Below the pieces are notes generated by a model, which was not told the DNA's origin, did not search any database, and saw only the letters and a program-made list of their open reading frames with translations. This document shows, piece by piece, positions 10,046-18,709 of a stretch of DNA of 64,000 bases. The stretch comes from Clostridiaceae bacterium (GTDB taxonomy: Bacteria; Bacillota; Clostridia; Saccharofermentanales; DTU023). Positions within the stretch are counted from its first letter, which is position 1. The number at the start of each line of letters is the position of its first letter. The translations under genes and the position numbers were made by a program. The stretch spans positions 276-64,275 of the forward strand of contig DUPV01000008.1 of assembly GCA_012838135.1 (NCBI GenBank). The letters are read 5' to 3'.

Positions 10046-11239
10046 TTATGGTAAAAGGTTAAAATCGATTGCCAATTGTTCAAAAGCGGGCAGTGAATTA
10101 ACAATTTGTTCAGTCGATACACAGTAGGCAATTCTGACAAAACCTGTATAACCGAAACTGTCACTGGGAACGAATAACAATTCATATTTTTTTGCGTGTT
10201 CACAGAATTCTTTAGCATCTTGGAGTGGTGATTTTACAAATAAATAAAAAGCGCCGCTCGGATAAACAGCTGTGAATCCTAAATCGGTTAATCCATTATA
10301 GAGCAAATCGCGATTATTTTTGTAAATTGATAAATCAACGGTTAGACCGATACATTCTTTGATTAAAAATTGAAATAAAGATGGTGCGCAAACATATCCT
10401 AAAGCACGTCCGGCTCCACAAATTGCGGCAAAAAGATCGTTCGCATTTTCAGCTAAAGGAGAAACAAAGATATAACCGATACGCGCACCTGCCAAGGAAA
10501 GCGACTTACTATATGAGTAAATTATGATTGTATTATCATAATAGTGAGGTACATAGGGAAGTTCAATATCATAAACCAGTTCCCGATAGGGGCCGTCACT
10601 TAATATATAGATCGGTTTTTGAAATTCTTTTTGTTTTTGCTTCATAATCTCAGCCAGTTTTTGAATAGTATCTTCACGATAACAAGTTCCGGTCGGATTG
10701 TTCGGTGAATTAACAATGATTGCTTTAGTTTTAGCAGTAATGGCCTGTTCCAAGCTTACGAAATCCGGTTGGAAATTATCTTCTTTACAGGGCACAACAA
10801 TTAATTTTGCACCGCTATGCTCAACGAAAACGCGATATTCCGGAAAAAACGGAGCAAAGACAACCACTTCATCGTCTTGCGCAATTAAGCCGTTAAGACA
10901 TGCTGCAAGTCCTGCAGCAGCACCGCAAGTCATATAAATAAGCTCGGAAGTTGCGGCAAAATTGAAAGTTTTCTTAATATAATCGGCAACCGCATCTCTG
11001 ACAGTTTGATCTCCCGGAGCAGAAGTATAACCTTGCAATTTTTCTGCAGGTACAGAATCAATCAGTTTTTTCAAGCTGGCATTTATCTGTGGTGGAGCGG
11101 GAACACTGGGATTTCCCAGGCTGAAATCAAAAACATTCTCAGTACCGATTTCCGCTTTGCGCTTTAAACCGTATTCGAATATTTCCCGAATAACAGAACT
11201 TTGTTTACCCAATTCCAACATTTTTTTTGATACTGTCAT
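10046..11239 (-). CDS. PLP-dependent aminotransferase class I/II (AspB-like; probably the aromatic aminotransferase)
   Basis: Motifs FSLGNP, NSPNNPTG, SYSKSLSLAGARIGY and PSGAFYLF; co-oriented upstream of pheA. Confidence 0.9.
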   Translation of the reverse strand: MTVSKKMLELGKQSSVIREIFEYGLKRKAEIGTENVFDFSLGNPSVPAPPQINASLKKLIDSVPAEKLQGYTSAPGDQTVRDAVADYIKKTFNFAATSELIYMTCGAAAGLAACLNGLIAQDDEVVVFAPFFPEYRVFVEHSGAKLIVVPCKEDNFQPDFVSLEQAITAKTKAIIVNSPNNPTGTCYREDTIQKLAEIMKQKQKEFQKPIYILSDGPYRELVYDIELPYVPHYYDNTIIIYSYSKSLSLAGARIGYIFVSPLAENANDLFAAICGAGRALGYVCAPSLFQFLIKECIGLTVDLSIYKNNRDLLYNGLTDLGFTAVYPSGAFYLFVKSPLQDAKEFCEHAKKYELLFVPSDSFGYTGFVRIAYCVSTEQIVNSLPAFEQLAIDFNLLP

Positions 11240-11455
11240 TTGTTCACCTTAATCCGTAAAATTAATTATTTGTTTTCCGAATATTTTTACAATGCTATTA
11301 AATATATTTTTGTTTATTTGTTTTCAATAAAATTAGTCATCATTATAACATAGAGATTTCAAAACATTAAAAATGTTATACTAAAATAAAAAATGTATAA
11401 ATGAAAATGAACAAATAGAAAATGCATAAACAAAGATAGGAAAGGGAAAATTATC

Positions 11456-11908
11456 ATGTTAACCATTGGCAGCAAAGCTCCAGATTTTGAATTACCGGAC
11501 CAAAACGGTAAATTGCATACTTTGCAACAATACAGAGGTAAAAAGGTAATACTTTATTTTTATCCAAAAGATAATACACCCGGCTGTACAAAACAAGCTT
11601 GTAATTTTGCCGAATTATATCCTCAGTTTCGTGAAAAAGATGCGATTGTTTTAGGTGTCAGTAAAGATAGTGTAGTTTCACACAAAAAATTTGAAGAGAA
11701 ATACGGTCTGCCATTTCCGTTGCTTGCCGATACAGAGCGTAAGGTGATTGAAGCATTTGATGTCTGGAAAGAGAAAAAAGCATTCGGTAAAACAGGCTTT
11801 GGTGTCGTACGTACAACGTATTTAATTGATGAAAACGGTATTATAGAAAAAGCTTTTTCTAACGTAAAGGCTGCGGACAATCCGGCACAAATGCTTGCAG
11901 AAATTTAG
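11456..11908 (+). CDS. bcp: Thioredoxin-dependent thiol peroxidase (BCP/PrxQ)
   Basis: Motifs YFYPKDNTPGCTKQAC and RTTYLIDE. Confidence 0.95.
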   Translation: MLTIGSKAPDFELPDQNGKLHTLQQYRGKKVILYFYPKDNTPGCTKQACNFAELYPQFREKDAIVLGVSKDSVVSHKKFEEKYGLPFPLLADTERKVIEAFDVWKEKKAFGKTGFGVVRTTYLIDENGIIEKAFSNVKAADNPAQMLAEI

Positions 11909-11911
11909 GTA

Positions 11912-12097
11912 TATTATGAAGATTATTCTTGCCCGGGCAAAAACTATTAATCTGATGGCGATCAAAATACTCTGATGTTTGATGCATCAAAATGGGCTTC
12001 CGGTCTGGGAGCAATATTCTATGATGACTGTATTGCAACTTGGGGAGAAGACGGCTATTGGATTAATTATGAAATAGGATCATTTGCAATTTCTTAA
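11912..12097 (+). pseudogene. Possible gene remnant (short interrupted reading frame)
   Basis: One frame reads YYEDYSCPGKNY*SDGDQNTLMFDASKWASGLGAIFYDDCIATWGEDGYWINYEIGSFAIS* and looks more coding-like than its AT-rich flanks. No family recognised. Confidence 0.3.
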
Positions 12098-12342
12098 TTG
12101 TGTTAAAATTAAATTGTAGATATAATCTTAATTGAAGATTAATTATGTATTTGAATTTTTAGCTTGGTTAAAAATGATAGATTGAGGATGGATTTTAATC
12201 TAACATGAAATTTAATTTCAGTTTAATCTGTGAAAAATTTAATTTGATCAAAGACTGAATTATATTGACTGAATTGATATATGTAGATTTAATTTTTTAA
12301 TTTCGAGAATTGTTTGAATTACCATGTGTTTAGGAGGAAATT

Positions 12343-13251
12343 ATGGGAAATATGGTGATATGTAGCAGATGTAATAATTCGATTGACAGCACTCATAAAT
12401 TTTGTAAATTTTGTGGACAACCTGTTGAGCAAAGTATAAATCAAAATCAAAGCCAAAGCCAAAATCAATCATATGCCCAACACGTTCACCCCCAATCACA
12501 TCAGCAAGGATATGATATATCGGGAACTCATGCACAGCCCCAAGCCTATAGCCAAAATCAAGCTTACGGCGGGTCACTGCCGTATCAGCAAACATACGGC
12601 AATCAGGCTCCTGCTAATTATGGTAATCAACAATATACAAGTCCATATTCGGTACAACAACCTATGACTTTTGTTGGAGCTTCGGCAGGGGGAGAAAATC
12701 AAGTCAAGAAAAAGTCCAACAAAAAAGTGATTGGTATAGTAAGTGCTATAGTTGCAGTTGCAATTATAGCGGTAGTTTTATTTGTATTTGTTCTTCCTGG
12801 CAGCTCACCGCAAAAAACTGTAAAACAATTGGAAAAAGCAATTATGACCCAAAATGAAGAATTAGCACGTGATTGTTTTGATGCTGCCACTGTACAGGCA
12901 ATGCCGGGACCTATTTTAAGTGCTTTGGATATGAATATAGGCTCTTCCGACATGATGTTTTCAGGCTTTAATATGCTGGATTATGTGAAGCTGGAATTGA
13001 ATATACTGCAAGTTTATGATGAAGGACTTCCGAAAAATCAATGCGTAGTTGCTTTAGCGGGTAATGTATCATTGGAGAATATACCTAAGGAATTACAGTT
13101 TCTTATGGATATAGCAGATGAAAGTATGTTGAATGAGAGTCTGGAACCGGTGGTTATAGCTATGATAAAAGAAGGCTCGAAATGGAAATTCAGTAAACCT
13201 CTGACTGAGCAATTATCAGACTATATACGTCCAATCCAGGCCAAGTATTGA
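12343..13251 (+). CDS. Zinc-ribbon, Gln-rich, single-TM membrane protein
   Basis: RBS AGGAGG; N-terminal CSRC...CKFC; Q/Y/S-rich linker; basic KKKSNKK followed by a TM helix (VIGIVSAIVAVAIIAVVLFVFVL); C-terminal domain probably extracytoplasmic. Confidence 0.85.
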   Translation: MGNMVICSRCNNSIDSTHKFCKFCGQPVEQSINQNQSQSQNQSYAQHVHPQSHQQGYDISGTHAQPQAYSQNQAYGGSLPYQQTYGNQAPANYGNQQYTSPYSVQQPMTFVGASAGGENQVKKKSNKKVIGIVSAIVAVAIIAVVLFVFVLPGSSPQKTVKQLEKAIMTQNEELARDCFDAATVQAMPGPILSALDMNIGSSDMMFSGFNMLDYVKLELNILQVYDEGLPKNQCVVALAGNVSLENIPKELQFLMDIADESMLNESLEPVVIAMIKEGSKWKFSKPLTEQLSDYIRPIQAKY

Positions 13252-13268
13252 GCTGGAGAAGAATTAGG

Positions 13269-13823
13269 ATGGATAAATATTACCTTGATCGAAAAACAAC
13301 CGGTTTATTATTAATTGATATTCAAACCAAAATGGTTCCTGCAATTTATCAGCATGAAACGATGATCAAACCGACAAATACTTTAATTACAACAGCAGAA
13401 TTGTTTGACCTGCCGATTTATGTAACGGAACAGTATCCAAAAGGATTAGGACCGACAATTCCGGAACATAAGCCTGATTTGGAAGAGTTAAAAGCAAATT
13501 TTTGGGAGAAAACAAGTTTTACTGCTTGCTTACCGGAATTAATGGAAAAAATTAAAGCAGATAAAATTAATTCTTTGATTATTGCCGGCGTTGAGACACA
13601 TGTTTGTGTTTTCCAAACAACACGCGATCTTCTGCGATTGGACTATAATGTTCATATAGCGGCAGATGCTGTTGGTTCACGAGATCCTGAAAACAAGAAG
13701 AATGCTTTAGAATTGATGTCTGGCATGGGTGCAGTCATTTCTAATAGTGAAACGATTGCTTTCGATTTACTAAAAGATGCCAAAGCTTCACAATTCAAGG
13801 CGATTTCCAATGCGGTGAAATAG
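13269..13823 (+). CDS. Isochorismatase-family cysteine hydrolase (YcaC/ISOC-like)
   Basis: Motifs LLLIDIQ, TEQYPKGLGPT, EKTSF, AGVETHVCV and DAVGSR. Start taken as ATG 13269; the track starts at TTG 13248. Confidence 0.9.
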   Translation: MDKYYLDRKTTGLLLIDIQTKMVPAIYQHETMIKPTNTLITTAELFDLPIYVTEQYPKGLGPTIPEHKPDLEELKANFWEKTSFTACLPELMEKIKADKINSLIIAGVETHVCVFQTTRDLLRLDYNVHIAADAVGSRDPENKKNALELMSGMGAVISNSETIAFDLLKDAKASQFKAISNAVK

Positions 13824-13832
13824 GAGCGAAAT

Positions 13833-13949
13833 ATGTATTGTATTCCATGTACAGGTGAAACCACATATAAATGGCTCATTATTGTCTTAATTTTGTTACT
13901 GATTTTAGGAGTTGGTCTCCGAATATTTCTGAATAAAAAGAATAAATAA
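13833..13949 (+). CDS. 38-aa membrane micropeptide with an LPxTG-like motif (IPCTG), TM helix and basic tail
   Basis: Manual translation MYCIPCTGETTYKWLIIVLILLLILGVGLRIFLNKKNK*. RBS AGGAG overlaps the upstream TAG stop. Below the ORF-track size cutoff. Confidence 0.75.
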   Translation: MYCIPCTGETTYKWLIIVLILLLILGVGLRIFLNKKNK

Positions 13950-14172
13950 AATTTAAAAAGTAAAACACGCAAGACTTCATTCAAAAAGCCAGCTTCTCTG
14001 TATTAAACTTGCACACTATTTAAGTTTATCTAACCATCTGACGGTACGAGCTTAGATCGTGTGCAATTCATTAATCAAATCAGGTTCTTTATATTTTAAA
14101 TTACTGAGATCGAAATTCTGAGTCAAAATCAAAATCTTGCGCCAATTTCAACTAATTCTTCATTTACTATTA

Positions 14173-14649
14173 TTAATTATCATCGTGAGTAGTAATTTTG
14201 CCCGGATCAAAATTTTCTAAATCTTGAATCTTTTCTTTGTTAAAATTGAAGAATTTTTCTGAGGAAGCTTTAGGACAATTCAGTGCACAATTAATTGTGT
14301 GCAATCTCAATCTCTCCATAGTTTCTTCACTTATATGATATTCCAACCGACAGGCATCATCATATGCTGTTTCCTCACTGACACCCATTGCCATAAAATA
14401 TTCTGCTAAGAACATATGTCTTTCATATATATTTTTGGCTACTTTGTGGCCGATTTCAGTTAGAATTAAATTTCCACTATCGGAAAATTCAAGATAACCG
14501 TCATCTGCCAGGAGATGCACTGCTCTACTGACGGAAGGTTTGGAAAATCCCATTGCATTAGCTAAATCTACAGAGCGCACAAGTCCTTGTTTTTGTTGCA
14601 GGATATAAATGTTTTCTAAATAGTTTTGTCCGGATTCCAGTAGGCTCAT
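14173..14649 (-). CDS. DtxR/MntR-family metal-dependent transcriptional regulator
   Basis: Winged HTH ESGQNYLENIY...VRSVDLANAMGFSKPSVSRAV and dimerisation domain IYERH...DACRLEYHIS. Confidence 0.92.
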   Translation of the reverse strand: MSLLESGQNYLENIYILQQKQGLVRSVDLANAMGFSKPSVSRAVHLLADDGYLEFSDSGNLILTEIGHKVAKNIYERHMFLAEYFMAMGVSEETAYDDACRLEYHISEETMERLRLHTINCALNCPKASSEKFFNFNKEKIQDLENFDPGKITTHDDN

Positions 14650-14871
14650 TCAAAATCTCCTTTTCAATATAATTTTAATCTAGTGTCAATAATTATTAAA
14701 TAAATATTAGCACAATCTTTTCTTTTATTACAGTTATTTGATGTATAGTTATTAAAGTAACATAGAGTAGGCAGAGTTATTTTGCATAGAAAAAATCGTA
14801 ATGTATAATATAAAGTTGCTAACCAAATAAAGAATCGTTGCTGAAACAGATAAAGTGGAGAGGACATTTTT

Positions 14872-16125
14872 ATGACAATTAGAGCACCAAAGGGAACGCG
14901 TGATATTTTGCCTGCAGAAACACCTGCATGGCAATACGTTGAACAAAAATACAGTTCAGTGTGCGATCGTTTCTGTTTTCAAGAGATCAGAATACCTACT
15001 TTTGAACAGACAGAACTGTTCCAAAGAGGGGTTGGTGATACAACGGATATAGTTCAAAAAGAAATGTATACTTTTGACGACAAGGGTGGTAGAAGCATGA
15101 CTTTAAGACCGGAAGGTACTGCCGGAATAGCCAGAGCATATTTGGAGAACGGTTTAAGTTCTGAACCTTCTCCCCAAAAGTTATACTACATTTTAAATAA
15201 TTTCCGCTACGAAAAAATGGGTAAAGGTCGATATCGTGAATTCAATCAAATGGGATGTGAACTTTTCGGTTCGGCAGAATCGACAGCTGATGCAGAGGTT
15301 ATCAGTTTGCTGTTTTTATTTTTCCGTGAATTAGGTTTAAAGGAAATAAATTTGAAAATCAACAGCATCGGTTGTCCTAAATGCCGACCTGCTTATTTTG
15401 AATTGCTGAAAAATTACTTCAGACCTTATCTGAAAGATTTATGTGGCAATTGTCAGGATAGGTATGAGCGTAATCCGATGCGAATTTTGGACTGTAAGGA
15501 TGATGCAGAAAATATAATTGTAAAAAATGCACCTTTACAAATTGATCATCTCTGTATTGAATGTCAAGAGCATTTTGCAAACTTGTGTAACGAATTGAAT
15601 AATTTGGGTTTTACATATGAAATTGACGGTCATATTGTGCGTGGCTTGGATTATTATACGCGAACAGTTTTTGAATTTGTTTCAAATAATGTAGGTACTC
15701 AAGGCACGATTTGCGGTGGCGGCAGATATGACGGTTTGATTGAGGAACTGGGCGGACAAGCCACACCTGCAGTTGGTTTTGCTTTAGGAGTTGAGAGATT
15801 ATTGATGGAATTGAACAGTCAGAACGTAAAATTGCCCTCGGCGATCGGCCCTGATATTTACCTCGTGTCTTTTCCCGATACGGTTAATCAGGCAGCTAAA
15901 ATTTGTTTTGATTTGCGTGCTTCAAATATTACAGCTGAAAGTAATATAATTGCCAGAAGTTTTAAAGCTCAAATGAAATATGCCGATCGGATTGGAGCAA
16001 AATATATTGTGGTTTTAGGTGAAGATGAATTAGAATCTAAAAAAGTAAAACTGAAACGGATGTCGGACGGTACGGAAATTAAGCTGAATTTGACTGACTT
16101 GGCAAACTACATTAAAGAAAATTAA
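14872..16125 (+). CDS. hisS: Histidine--tRNA ligase
   Basis: Motifs APKGTRD, KEMYTF, LRPEGTA, RGLDYYT and GGGRYDGL. Confidence 0.98.
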   Translation: MTIRAPKGTRDILPAETPAWQYVEQKYSSVCDRFCFQEIRIPTFEQTELFQRGVGDTTDIVQKEMYTFDDKGGRSMTLRPEGTAGIARAYLENGLSSEPSPQKLYYILNNFRYEKMGKGRYREFNQMGCELFGSAESTADAEVISLLFLFFRELGLKEINLKINSIGCPKCRPAYFELLKNYFRPYLKDLCGNCQDRYERNPMRILDCKDDAENIIVKNAPLQIDHLCIECQEHFANLCNELNNLGFTYEIDGHIVRGLDYYTRTVFEFVSNNVGTQGTICGGGRYDGLIEELGGQATPAVGFALGVERLLMELNSQNVKLPSAIGPDIYLVSFPDTVNQAAKICFDLRASNITAESNIIARSFKAQMKYADRIGAKYIVVLGEDELESKKVKLKRMSDGTEIKLNLTDLANYIKEN

Positions 16126-16217
16126 TTTATTTATAGAATTAATACAATAAATTACTTATAAATTAAGAACAACGAATAATAGATTCGTGACAATGGATAT
16201 TTATCAAATAGAGGATT

Positions 16218-17993
16218 ATGTATATGAATATAATTGAAGGCATGAAACGCAGTTGTCTAGTAGCAGAATTTACACCTGAACAACAAGATTCAGAATTAAC
16301 CTTGATGGGATGGTGCCACAGACAAAGAGACATCGGCAATTTGGTCTTTATAACTCTCCGCGATCGCAGCGGTGAATTACAATTGGTAATTGACGATCAA
16401 AGCCCGGCAGAAATTCTGGATATCGCTCGTCAGGTAAGAAGTGAATTTGTTTTAGCCTGTAAAGGGATTTTACGTAAAAGACAAGATGTGAATCCTGATA
16501 TGCCGACCGGCGAATGGGAATTACATGTTCAGGAACTGAGAATTTTATCCAAAGCAAAAACTCCGCCTTTTTACATTGAAGAAAATATTGATACAGGAGA
16601 AGCTTTAAGGCTGGAATATCGTTATTTGGATTTACGCAGACCGGATCTGCAAAGAAAAATTATTAAAAGACATCAGATTACCAAGTGGACGCGTGATTTC
16701 TTTGAACAACAAGGTTTTATTGAAATTGAAACGCCGATGTTGATTAAGAGTACACCTGAAGGGGCCAGAGATTATCTGGTACCTTCGAGAGTTTTTCCGG
16801 GTAAATTTTTTGCTTTACCACAATCACCGCAGCTTTATAAGCAATTGTTGATGCTTAGTGGTTTTGATCGTTATATGCAAATAGTAAAATGTTTTAGAGA
16901 TGAAGATTTACGAGCTGACAGACAACCGGAATTTACGCAAATCGACTTGGAAATGTCATTTGTTCAGGCTGCAGATATTATGGAAATTATTGAGAAATAT
17001 CTGTTTTTTTTATGGGATAAAAGCGAAGGATGTCAAATAAATTTACCAATACCTCGTCTGACCTATACTGAAGCATTAAGGAGATTCGGTCTGGACAATC
17101 CTGATCTGCGTTTTGGCATGGAATTGCATAATGTTTCGGAATTGGCAGCCCAAACTGATTTCAGAGTTTTCAGCGGAGCAATTGAAGCAGGTGGTTCCGT
17201 ACAATTAATAGTTGTGCCGCAAGGTTCAAGTATGACTCGCCGGGAAATCGACAGCTTGACCGATTATGTAAAAGATTATCGGGCAAAAGGCTTGGCTTGG
17301 TTGGCTTTGGAAGAGGAACCGCGAGGCTCTTTTCTGAAATTTATCGATCAGACATGGATAGAGCAGGTTAAAACACAAGTAGCGGCTGAAACGGGAGACT
17401 TATTACTATTTGTTGCCGATCAAACGGCTGTAGTATATGATGCTTTAGGTCATTTGCGCGAAGAAGTTGCCGCAAGACTGAATTTAATCGATCAAAATAA
17501 ATGGAGCTTTGTCTGGATTACGGAATTTCCGATGTTTGAATATAATGAGGAAGAAGACCGTTATGTAGCGGTACATCATCCTTTCACTTCACCAATGGAT
17601 GAAGATTTGCATTTATTGGATACAAATCCTGAACAATGCCGGGCCAAAGCATATGACATTGTACTTAACGGTAATGAAATCGGGGGCGGCAGCATCAGGA
17701 TTCATGATGAACATTTGCAAAATAAAGTTTTTGATTTGCTCGGTTTATCTGAAGAAGAAAGCGCAGAACGTTTCGGTTTCTTATTGAAGGCCTTTCAATA
17801 CGGAGTTCCGCCACATGGAGGATTAGCTTTTGGTCTGGATCGCTTAGTCATGTTATTGACAGACAGTACAAGTATTCGTGATGTTATAGCTTTCCCCAAA
17901 GTTCAAAACTCATCATGCTTAATGAGTAATGCTCCAAGTCCGGTTGCAGAAGATCAATTGGCAGAACTAGGTATTGAATTGACTGATTCTTAA
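16218..17993 (+). CDS. aspS: Aspartate--tRNA ligase
   Basis: Motifs RYLDLRR, EGARDYLVPSR, QSPQLYKQ, FRDEDLRADRQPEFTQID and PPHGGLAFGLDR. Confidence 0.98.
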   Translation: MYMNIIEGMKRSCLVAEFTPEQQDSELTLMGWCHRQRDIGNLVFITLRDRSGELQLVIDDQSPAEILDIARQVRSEFVLACKGILRKRQDVNPDMPTGEWELHVQELRILSKAKTPPFYIEENIDTGEALRLEYRYLDLRRPDLQRKIIKRHQITKWTRDFFEQQGFIEIETPMLIKSTPEGARDYLVPSRVFPGKFFALPQSPQLYKQLLMLSGFDRYMQIVKCFRDEDLRADRQPEFTQIDLEMSFVQAADIMEIIEKYLFFLWDKSEGCQINLPIPRLTYTEALRRFGLDNPDLRFGMELHNVSELAAQTDFRVFSGAIEAGGSVQLIVVPQGSSMTRREIDSLTDYVKDYRAKGLAWLALEEEPRGSFLKFIDQTWIEQVKTQVAAETGDLLLFVADQTAVVYDALGHLREEVAARLNLIDQNKWSFVWITEFPMFEYNEEEDRYVAVHHPFTSPMDEDLHLLDTNPEQCRAKAYDIVLNGNEIGGGSIRIHDEHLQNKVFDLLGLSEEESAERFGFLLKAFQYGVPPHGGLAFGLDRLVMLLTDSTSIRDVIAFPKVQNSSCLMSNAPSPVAEDQLAELGIELTDS

Positions 17994-18080
17994 AAAGACA
18001 AATTGTAAAATGACTTGATTAAGCTCAGAGCGAATGCTCAAAAATAATAACCGCAAGATACTAACCAGAGGGATATATTT

Positions 18081-18689
18081 GTGAAAAAAATTTTGAAAAA
18101 TGAACATGAAAAATCTGACGAAAAATATGATGAAAAATCAAGTAATAATTTGCGTTCAGACAAGTTATTGCAATTTTTAGATTGGATTAAAACTTTTCTG
18201 CTTGTCATATTAATCGGTTTGTTCATAACATTATTTGTTGTGCAACGAAACACGGTTTCAGGACCTTCAATGGAACCGACTCTGCACGATAAAGATCAAA
18301 TTATTGTGGAAAAAATCAGCAAATACTTTAGTATCAATCGAGGTGATATTGTCACAATTAATGAAAAAAATGCCGAACATCCTGACAATTTATTAATAAA
18401 AAGGATTATCGGTTTACCCGGTGAAAAAATTGAACTGAAAGATGGAAAGGTTTTTGTCGATGAACAAGTGCTGCAAGAGGATTATTTGACACAAGGAGTG
18501 GAAACTCATGCCGATCCGGTACGAAACGAACAGGTTGTGACCTTGGGCAAAAATGAGTATTATGTTCTAGGCGATAATAGACCTGTAAGCAAAGATAGTC
18601 GACGTATCGGGACTGTTCAGAAGAATCAAATTATCGGAAAACTTTTAATAAGATTTTATCCTTTTGACAGTATAGGTAAGCCTAAATAA
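18081..18689 (+). CDS. lepB: Signal peptidase I
   Basis: TM helix followed by [18 protein letters not shown] and [11 protein letters not shown] (Ser/Lys dyad). Confidence 0.95.
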   Translation: MKKILKNEHEKSDEKYDEKSSNNLRSDKLLQFLDWIKTFLLVILIGLFITLFVVQRNTVSGPSMEPTLHDKDQIIVEKISKYFSINRGDIVTINEKNAEHPDNLLIKRIIGLPGEKIELKDGKVFVDEQVLQEDYLTQGVETHADPVRNEQVVTLGKNEYYVLGDNRPVSKDSRRIGTVQKNQIIGKLLIRFYPFDSIGKPK

Positions 18690-18709
18690 TAATTTCCAGT
18701 GGAGGTATC

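Noticed and set aside
10046-11239. The aminotransferase reads DGPY where the family often has DEPY or DEIY
   Set aside because: The PLP-binding Asp and the catalytic Lys (SYSKS) are intact; a single variable position is not enough evidence.
13269-13823. The isochorismatase-family gene as a nicotinamidase (pncA) partner of pncB
   Set aside because: It lacks the D-x-H…H metal motif of PncA and has YcaC/ISOC-type motifs (TEQYPKGLG).
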